Positions 1 to 6,031 of a stretch of DNA of 15,313 bases are shown here, piece by piece. The notes beneath the pieces are model-generated. The model was not told the origin of the DNA. It worked only from the letters and a program-made list of their open reading frames with translations, and searched no databases. The stretch is from positions 17,932-33,244 of the forward strand of contig PSLL01000020.1 of NCBI GenBank assembly GCA_040289575.1, read 5' to 3'. This stretch comes from Candidatus Dadabacteria bacterium (GTDB lineage Bacteria > Desulfobacterota_D > UBA1144 > Nemesobacterales > CSP1-2). The position numbers and the translations under genes are program-made. Every line of letters starts with the position of its first letter. The stretch's first letter is position 1.

Positions 1-84
1 ATCTATTAACCCGACCATAACTTCGGGTCTACCGCTTGTGAGTTCCATTAACGGTGTGAGATTGACCAAATCTAAATGGTTCAT
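1..84 (-). CDS. Partial (runs off window) S8 family serine peptidase, PatA/PatG (cyanobactin maturation protease)-like N-terminus
   Basis: Manual translation from ATG at 84: MNHLDLVNLTPLMELTSGRPEVMVGLID, open to the window edge. The G-x-P-E-V-x-V-G-L-I-D ending resembles the strand leading to the subtilase catalytic Asp. No signal or propeptide, as in PatA-like proteases. AGGA SD at 95-98. Only 28 aa are visible. Confidence 0.65.
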   Translation of the reverse strand, partial: MNHLDLVNLTPLMELTSGRPEVMVGLID

Positions 85-138
85 GGCACTGGATTCCTAT
101 TTCAACCCGGTGATTCCAAAATAGAAACACTTCAACCA

Positions 139-285
139 AGGAGGAGATGATTTTTCTATGGTTGATTTTGTTAGTTTAGTGAAGTAAAAATATAAGGATT
201 CTGGAAAGTGGTATTAAAAACTCTTTGGCGATTCCAGATAAAGTAGGTTATCCTACTTCAGCATCACCCATTATTTTATCCTCCT
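139..285 (-). ncRNA. Candidate structured RNA / 5' leader (imperfect rod-like hairpin)
   Basis: Four nested stems on the minus transcript: 285-279/145-139 (7 bp), 271-263/166-158 (8 of 9), 260-251/189-180 (10 bp incl. 2 G-U), 238-232/206-200 (7 bp). It begins at the expected TSS of the consensus promoter at 292-320. Confidence 0.4.
248..271 (-). CDS. Candidate micro-ORF / leader peptide MGDAEVG (7 aa)
   Basis: AGGAGG SD (285-280) 8 nt before ATG at 271; TAA at 250-248 lies in the loop of the local hairpin AAGTAGG-N4-CCTACTT (241-258). Translation is unproven. Confidence 0.3.
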   Translation of the reverse strand: MGDAEVG

Positions 286-291
286 GGTCTG

Positions 292-320
292 ATTATAGAG
301 CAGTTAATATATGGTGTCAA
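292..320 (-). promoter_or_regulatory. Consensus sigma70 promoter
   Basis: Minus strand TTGACA (320-315), 17-bp spacer, TATAAT (297-292); exact consensus. Confidence 0.85.
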
Positions 321-375
321 GCAAAATTTCTATGAAGGAAAATTGTAACACTCTACCTCCTATTGTTTATAGGAG

Positions 376-413
376 TTGATTTCTCGTATAACGATATTAT
401 AATCTCGTATAAC
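376..413 (+). promoter_or_regulatory. Promoter of abrB-like gene with overlapping 11-bp direct repeats (probable autorepression operator)
   Basis: TTGATT (376-381), 16 bp, TATAAT (398-403). TCTCGTATAAC occurs at 382-392 and 403-413 (21-bp period). Confidence 0.6.
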
Positions 414-435
414 AAAACTACCGAGAGTAAACAAA

Positions 436-666
436 ATGGGGGTAACGGTTAAAGTAGGCCCAAAATATCAGGTTGTTATCCCTAAGGAGCTCAGAAAAAA
501 GCTTAGGATAAAGCCAAAAGATAAAGTTTTAGTAGAGGAAATAGAAGGAATGGTAATTGTGATTCCTAAACCCAAATCTTTCACCGGTTTTCTTAAAGGA
601 TTAGGTAAAGAGGTCTGGGAAGGAGAGGATACGACAGACTACGTAAAGGGAGAGAGAAGGTCTTGA
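436..666 (+). CDS. AbrB/MazE/SpoVT family DNA-binding protein (VapB-like antitoxin)
   Basis: VKVGPKYQVVIPKELRKKLRIKPKDKV is the swapped-hairpin signature. The C-terminal GLGKEVW..D...YV..ER is typical of AbrB-type antitoxins paired with PIN toxins. Confidence 0.88.
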   Translation: MGVTVKVGPKYQVVIPKELRKKLRIKPKDKVLVEEIEGMVIVIPKPKSFTGFLKGLGKEVWEGEDTTDYVKGERRS

Positions 667-680
667 GACTAGAGGATCAA
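663..680 (+). pseudogene. Possible 5' stub of a deleted cognate toxin gene
   Basis: TTG overlaps the antitoxin stop (TTGA coupling) after a purine-rich SD-like stretch. It reads (M)RLEDQ, then runs into the stop codon of the convergent LLM gene. Confidence 0.25.
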
Positions 681-1619
681 CTAATCCGCAAACGCCTTAA
701 CCACATTCTTCATCACTTCGACATTGCTCTGTTTGCCGACAGGGCTCGGCACGATTATAGGAAGCCGAAGACCTGCGGCTCTGAAGGCTTCGAGTTTTTC
801 CCGACACCTCTCTGCTGGCCCCAAGAGCGCCACGGCATCTAATAATTCATCCGAGAACGCGTCTACCGGATTCGCGCCGGATTTTATCTTTTCAACAACA
901 TCCCCAAATCCAACGTTCTTAATCATACGCTGATAAAATGGAAGCCTCGCGTATCCCGCAAGCCCACGCTTTGCGGCTTTGCGCGCGGATTCGAGATCAT
1001 CTGAAATAAAACATGGAATCCCATTTGTGCTATCTATATTATCAGAAAATCGTCCGGCTTTTTGTGCGCCTCTGCGCATTGCATGGATTAGTTTCATAAT
1101 ATACTCTGGAGTTGCAAGATAAGACATAAGACCGTCGGCTATCTCTCCCGCGAGTTCTGCCGTTTTTTCCGTTAGCGCCGCAATATATACTGGGAAAGGC
1201 TTTAGCTCTCTTTTTACGGTAAGAGCCGATGAGGTTCCATCGGCAAATGACCTTACCGCCGCAACGTATTTGCGCATCTCTTCAATTGGGTCTTTCATAT
1301 CAATCCCAAAACGGTCATTTACGGGTTTGTGGCTAACACCAAGTCCGAGCACCATACGTCCGCCAGAGACCTCCTGAACCGTAAGGGCTTCAGCGGCACA
1401 CATCACGGGCTGACGCATATAAATATTCGCAATCCATGTGCCGACATTTATCTTTGATGTTACCTCAGCAAAGACCTGTGCATTTGAAATAGAGCTATAG
1501 GGCGGAACCTCAGGAGAAAATATAGCCTCAAATCCCCCGGCTTCGGCTTCTCGCGCAAGGGCGCGGAGGTCTTCAACGCTACATCCCCACACAGGTGAAA
1601 CAGTTGCGATGCGTCTCAT
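681..1619 (-). CDS. LLM class (luciferase-like) flavin- or F420-dependent oxidoreductase
   Basis: Motifs AREAEAGGFEAIFSPE, TSKINVGTWIANIYMRQP, SGGRMVLGLGVSH, PVYIAAL, LAGEIADG. Start placed at ATG 1619 because of the AAGGAG SD (1632-1627); the track's GTG at 1658 lies inside a repeat. Confidence 0.9.
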   Translation of the reverse strand: MRRIATVSPVWGCSVEDLRALAREAEAGGFEAIFSPEVPPYSSISNAQVFAEVTSKINVGTWIANIYMRQPVMCAAEALTVQEVSGGRMVLGLGVSHKPVNDRFGIDMKDPIEEMRKYVAAVRSFADGTSSALTVKRELKPFPVYIAALTEKTAELAGEIADGLMSYLATPEYIMKLIHAMRRGAQKAGRFSDNIDSTNGIPCFISDDLESARKAAKRGLAGYARLPFYQRMIKNVGFGDVVEKIKSGANPVDAFSDELLDAVALLGPAERCREKLEAFRAAGLRLPIIVPSPVGKQSNVEVMKNVVKAFAD

Positions 1620-1649
1620 CTGGTTTCTCCTTAGGAAACTAATATTTTG

Positions 1650-1802
1650 TTTAGCCACAAATTACACGAATTGGCGCGAATGAAATAATCAGTCATACAG
1701 AACATAGAATACAGGATAGACGGGTTTGAAGTTCTTTCCCTGTATTCTGTCTACTGCATACTGTTTTTCTGTTCGCATCTATTCGTGTTCATTCGTGGCA
1801 AA
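1650..1802. repeat. Nested inverted-repeat (REP-like) element
   Basis: Outer arms 1650-1681 (GCCACAAATTACACGAATTGGCGCGAAT) and 1771-1802 (rc GCCACGAATGAACACGAATAGATGCGAAC). Inner arms 1690-1716 (CAGTCATACAGAACATAGAATACAGGA) and 1737-1763 (rc CAGTATGCAGTAGACAGAATACAGGGA). Confidence 0.8.
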
Positions 1803-1809
1803 TACAGTT

Positions 1810-2703
1810 TTAATATTGATTAATCACGTCTCTGTAATAATCAGGGCGAAGAACCGACTCATCTCGGTTCTTTAAAACCTCTCGTATTTCTTGTAAAACC
1901 CTTTCTCTGTCCTCCGGGAATTTTGCCTTAATAGGAAGATAGTTAGATATATGGTTTGAAAAGAAATACCCGTCTGTGAGGTTTGTGTTTTCAACTATAA
2001 TCTCAAGCTCCTTTATCATCTGGAACTTATCGGGGGGTTGAAACCTCCCTTCTAGCCATTCCTGATATATTGGAGCGCCGGGGCGAATCTGAAGCGAAAG
2101 TGCCCCTACGTATTCCGGATCAGTATCCGTAAGCAGCCTTCCGGTTGATTCTGCGTGCTCAAGGCTTCTATCCACCCCGCCGATGCCAAGGAGCACCATA
2201 GCCGAGTTTTTAATTCCCGCTTCTTTTAGCATCCTGCACGCCCTTACAGTCTGCTCGTAGTCGGCTCCCTTTTTGATTCTTTTAAGAACGACCTCATCCC
2301 CGCTTTCAAACCCGATATAGACCATCTGAAGACCGAGTTGTCTAAGAACCTTTAGATTCTCAATCCCCTTTCTTAGAATATCTCCAATGTTTGCATACAT
2401 ATTAATCCGCTCTACGTGAGGACACTTTTTATTCAGATACTCCATAATCTCCACGAGTCTCTTTTGAGGAATCACAAGGGCATTTCCATCGGCAATGAAG
2501 ACCCGATCAAAGTCATAATTCTCCGAAGCCTCATCAATAATCGCCTTAATCTCATCCATCGGGCGTATGCGGAATCTCTGGGTTTCCTTTCGGTACATCG
2601 CGCAGTACGTACATTCATTGTGAGAGCAGCCGATGGTTGCCTGAAGTATAAAACTCTTTGCCTCGCTGGGGGGTCTAAAAAGCGGCATCGAATATTCAAT
2701 CAT
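1810..2703 (-). CDS. Radical SAM protein (uncharacterised; RPPSEA-type N-terminus)
   Basis: CxxxCxxC motif (CSHNECTYC); RPPSEA..ILQATIGCSHN, VFIADGNAL, YIGFESGD and SNHISNYL motifs. Confidence 0.92.
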   Translation of the reverse strand: MIEYSMPLFRPPSEAKSFILQATIGCSHNECTYCAMYRKETQRFRIRPMDEIKAIIDEASENYDFDRVFIADGNALVIPQKRLVEIMEYLNKKCPHVERINMYANIGDILRKGIENLKVLRQLGLQMVYIGFESGDEVVLKRIKKGADYEQTVRACRMLKEAGIKNSAMVLLGIGGVDRSLEHAESTGRLLTDTDPEYVGALSLQIRPGAPIYQEWLEGRFQPPDKFQMIKELEIIVENTNLTDGYFFSNHISNYLPIKAKFPEDRERVLQEIREVLKNRDESVLRPDYYRDVINQY

Positions 2704-2705
2704 TT

Positions 2706-2734
2706 ACTCTAACGCAAGAAATCCGATAATTCAA
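2706..2734 (-). promoter_or_regulatory. Possible promoter for the radical SAM gene
   Basis: TTGAAT (2734-2729), 17 bp, TAGAGT (2711-2706). It ends only 2 nt before ATG 2703, so if it is real the start could be the downstream ATG at 2688. Confidence 0.35.
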
Positions 2735-2778
2735 GTAACACAAAGAACCTTAAGAGGCCACTCACTGTGAAAATCCGC

Positions 2779-2806
2779 TTTACAAAGAGAAATAATTTGT
2801 TATAAT
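2779..2806 (+). promoter_or_regulatory. Extended -10 promoter
   Basis: TTTACA (2779-2784), 16 bp, TGtTATAAT (2798-2806). Confidence 0.7.
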
Positions 2807-2815
2807 CGAGTCCCC

Positions 2816-2917
2816 ATGGAAGAACATGATAAAGAAGGCGCAATCTACATAGTGGCTATTATTGGCCTTGTTGCTTCAATCCTAATTCTTGTATCCCTTA
2901 CGCACGTTCTATATTAA
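2816..2917 (+). CDS. Small single-pass membrane protein (33 aa), probably leaderless
   Basis: MEEHDKEGAIYIVAIIGLVASILILVSLTHVLY*: charged N-terminus plus ~20 uncharged hydrophobic residues. ATG lies 9 nt after TATAAT; no SD. Confidence 0.6.
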   Translation: MEEHDKEGAIYIVAIIGLVASILILVSLTHVLY

Positions 2918-2923
2918 ATTGAT

Positions 2924-2950
2924 GTGGAGACGAGCCCTAGTGTTTGCTCC
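2924..2950. repeat. Degenerate GTRG-type REP-like palindrome
   Basis: GTG-GAGACGAGC-CCTAGT-GTTTGCTC-C imperfect hairpin beginning GTGG, between convergent genes. Confidence 0.3.
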
Positions 2951-3014
2951 ATAACAGAACGGATATTGGGCGAATTCTGTATCTGCTTATATGATGCCCT
3001 GATGAGAGTCTCCC

Positions 3015-3509
3015 CTATTCCGATACCCAATTTATAATGTGCTTTATAATGTCCTCTTTGTCTATGTCAGCTCCGGTATTGTCTTTAAAAATAAATCCAT
3101 TCTCTGATCTCAGGCATGTAATTCTAATGAGCTGTCTTGCCTTTGTGAGAATCTGCCCCCCGGTTCCCCCTGGTGGTTGCTTTTTCTGACCCAAGACCAG
3201 AATCCCATTTGGTACTTCATCAAGAAAAACAGCAAACCTCTCAGGTCCTATAATGCAGAAGCCCGCCCTCTTTCCGGGGAGATTGAGGAACAAGGTCAAG
3301 AGTTCTCCAGTAAGCCTGTATGCGGAAATTACCCTTTTGCCTGAGCCTTCATTGTACGCGTTTGCTCCTAATTCTGCCAGGCTAAAGAATTCATCCATAG
3401 CCTCCCGAGCCTCATAGACTTCATCCACGCTATCTACGCATTCCCCGCGCTCACGCCTTTTCTCTCTTTCCATAGCTATGTTCATTATCTCTTTCCGAAG
3501 ATTTGCCAC
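3015..3509 (-). CDS. Hypothetical protein (164 aa)
   Basis: GTG start with AGGAGG SD (3521-3516) and an upstream extended -10 TGtTAGTAT (3569-3561). No recognisable motif. Confidence 0.75.
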   Translation of the reverse strand: MANLRKEIMNIAMEREKRRERGECVDSVDEVYEAREAMDEFFSLAELGANAYNEGSGKRVISAYRLTGELLTLFLNLPGKRAGFCIIGPERFAVFLDEVPNGILVLGQKKQPPGGTGGQILTKARQLIRITCLRSENGFIFKDNTGADIDKEDIIKHIINWVSE

Positions 3510-3621
3510 TGCTTGCCTCCTATCTGATTTTCGCCCTATTAAACTCTATTTTTAAAGGCTATACTAACACCTCTTTACATCAAAATCCTAATTTATGATG
3601 GAAATGGTATTATTAAAAGCG

Positions 3622-3945
3622 ATGAAACTAAATATACCCAACGGCTCGAGTTTTATAGGAAATCTAACCACAATAGGAAGGATAACTGGAAAAGAGCGCA
3701 CAGTGGAGTTGCGCTTTGTTCTCTACAACGGGAAACTCTATGCATCAAGAAGAACAGCGGATGGAGATTGGTTCAAGAATATACTCGCTAACCCTTTTGT
3801 CATAGTTGAAGTAAACGGCGAGAAGATAAACGGATGCGCCAAGATGGTAGAAGACAACAAGCTTTCAAGAAAGATCTCAGAGCTAAAATACAGCGATAGA
3901 CGCAGGGAAGAGAATAGGGTGATAGTAGAGATAATACCTCTATAG
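3622..3945 (+). CDS. Nitroreductase/quinone reductase family, deazaflavin (F420H2)-dependent DDN-like split beta-barrel protein
   Basis: LTTIGRITGKERTVEL and DWFKNILANPFVIVEV match the DDN-family motifs (LTT.GR.SG..R, .W..NL.ANP.V). The track start is 3595; ATG 3622 follows a TGgTATTAT element (3605-3613). Confidence 0.8.
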   Translation: MKLNIPNGSSFIGNLTTIGRITGKERTVELRFVLYNGKLYASRRTADGDWFKNILANPFVIVEVNGEKINGCAKMVEDNKLSRKISELKYSDRRREENRVIVEIIPL

Positions 3946-4045
3946 GAGATCATCTCTTTTTCTCGGCGAACCAGAGACCTCTTGAAAGCGGCTTTCCGCA
4001 GAAGAGGCAAAAATTTACGCCGATATAATTAAATTCACACCTTGA

Positions 4046-5956
4046 TCACGATTTTAACGGCACAACCAAGACACTGGCTTGGATTCGATGGCGTAGGTTT
4101 TCTACAGTCGTACCGTGAAGAATATCAGAGACCCCGGAATGGCCATGACCACCCAGGATCACAAGATCAATATCTAGGTCATTGATCATTCGGACCAGTT
4201 CTGAGGTCGGGCTTCCGGTTCCCAATCGCCACTCTGCATCAATTCCCATCTCATGCAAATTGCGCGTAAGCTCCTCAAGTCGTCTCTGGTCACTGAGTGT
4301 CTCGTCGTCGGCAGCCTCCTGCCTCATCGCCAGAGCCGCAGGGCTTTCAACAACGTGAAGTAAAAATACCCTTGCCCCGTTTCCACGCACAATCCGCTCC
4401 GCTTCAGCCAATAGCCTCTCTTCCCCACCCGAAAAATCAAGAGCCACTGCCACACGCCGATATGGATTCAGTGGCGGTAAAACCGTTTTATGGGTTGATA
4501 TCTGACCGTGGATTCCAACCCATGGCACTCTGACTCTCTTAATCCATGGACGAATGGTTATATATGCAAGCAGAGACCCAATTGCTACACTTAGCGGTAT
4601 AGCAGTTATCTCAATCGCCCAAGCCCGATCCCCCGCGCTCGATAGCCAATCTTTAATTTGGTCTATGACCAGTTTCACATTAAGAAAAACAATAATAGCC
4701 GCCGCTATCCAGGCAATTATACGAAGCCAATTTGGGGAGACAAACTCACCCATACGGCGCTTGTCGGATACAAAGTGAATCAGTGGAATAATGGCAAATG
4801 GGAGTTGCAACGACAGCACCACCTGGCTCAGTACTAAAAGAGAGCCGGTGGAGGTTTCGCCAAAATACCAAATCGCAACGGCGGCCGGGACCACCGCCAG
4901 CAACCGCGTGATCAACCTGCGGAGCCACGGACGAATACGTAGGTTGAGGTATCCCTCCATGACAACCTGACCGGCCAATGTGCCAGTAATCGTAGAACTC
5001 TGCCCGGAAGCCAAAAGGGCAATGGCAAAGGCAAAGGGCGCAATGGCCGTCCCTAGAAGAGGCTCAAGTAGACGATGAGCGTCTTTTATTTCAGCCACAT
5101 CATAGTGTCCGCTCCGATAGAAAACAGCAGCGGCCATGATAAGAATCGCGGCGTTTACAAAGAAAGCAACGTTGAGAGCTAGGGCTGAATCAATGGTATT
5201 CCAACGGATTGCCTGCTTAATCTTATCGCGGTCATATCCAATTCGGCGCGTCTGCACAAGGGAAGAATGCAAGTATATGTTATGCGGCATTACCGTCGCC
5301 CCTAGAATACCCATAGCAATATAAAGGGCATTTTTATCGGGCAATGAGGGAGCAAACCCACTTATAATTCCTCCCCAGCCCGGCTTGGCCAGAAAAATCT
5401 CTATAAGGAGACCTAAGCCAATTGTAGTCACTAGAGATAAAATTATGGCTTCGAGCTTTCGGATGCCATATCGAGATAAGGCAAGCAAAAGCAATACGTC
5501 CAGAGTTGTAATTAAGACGCCGTATAAAAGCGGCAATCCAAATAGTAGGTTAAGAGCAATGGCAGAACCAAGAACCTCTGCAAGATCGCACGCAGTGATG
5601 GCAATCTCAGCAAGGATATAGAGCGGGATATTAACAAGTGTTGGATACTCCTCTCGGTTTGACTGCGCTAAATCACGACGACCTACAACTCCCAATCTGG
5701 CTGATAGACTCTGAAGGAGGATTGCCATCAGGTTGGACATGAGAAGCACCCAGATGAGTTTATAGTTGTATCGGCTTCCCCCGGCCAGATCAGTAGCCCA
5801 GTTACCTGGGTCCATGTATCCCACCGAAACCATAAGAGCCGGCCCACTAAATGCAAGCCAATGACGCCACCATGAACTGGTCCCGGGAATAAACACCGAT
5901 TCGTGAACCTCCGCCAATGAGCGCTGTTGACGAGAATGTGTACTAAGCCTTGACAT
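4046..5956 (-). CDS. mntH: Nramp family divalent metal (Mn2+) transporter with C-terminal universal stress protein domain
   Basis: YMDPGNW and GATVMPHNIYLHS Nramp motifs, GQSSTITGTLAGQ. The last ~138 aa are USP-like (VAVALDFS, LLHVVE, DLVILGGHG..G..DILHGTT). AAGGAG SD at 5969-5964. Confidence 0.93.
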   Translation of the reverse strand: MSRLSTHSRQQRSLAEVHESVFIPGTSSWWRHWLAFSGPALMVSVGYMDPGNWATDLAGGSRYNYKLIWVLLMSNLMAILLQSLSARLGVVGRRDLAQSNREEYPTLVNIPLYILAEIAITACDLAEVLGSAIALNLLFGLPLLYGVLITTLDVLLLLALSRYGIRKLEAIILSLVTTIGLGLLIEIFLAKPGWGGIISGFAPSLPDKNALYIAMGILGATVMPHNIYLHSSLVQTRRIGYDRDKIKQAIRWNTIDSALALNVAFFVNAAILIMAAAVFYRSGHYDVAEIKDAHRLLEPLLGTAIAPFAFAIALLASGQSSTITGTLAGQVVMEGYLNLRIRPWLRRLITRLLAVVPAAVAIWYFGETSTGSLLVLSQVVLSLQLPFAIIPLIHFVSDKRRMGEFVSPNWLRIIAWIAAAIIVFLNVKLVIDQIKDWLSSAGDRAWAIEITAIPLSVAIGSLLAYITIRPWIKRVRVPWVGIHGQISTHKTVLPPLNPYRRVAVALDFSGGEERLLAEAERIVRGNGARVFLLHVVESPAALAMRQEAADDETLSDQRRLEELTRNLHEMGIDAEWRLGTGSPTSELVRMINDLDIDLVILGGHGHSGVSDILHGTTVENLRHRIQASVLVVPLKS

Positions 5957-6031
5957 TGAATCTCTCCTTACGACCAGTCCTGTAGTATGTAGAGTTGAGA
6001 TCAGTAAAATTATCCGGATGCATAGGTCTCG

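Noticed and set aside
1620..1658. N-terminal extension of the LLM gene from GTG 1658
   Set aside because: It starts inside the inverted-repeat arm; the SD supports ATG 1619.
2999..3006. CTGATGAG, resembling a hammerhead ribozyme core
   Set aside because: No stem II followed by GAAA; the downstream sequence is the end of a coding gene.
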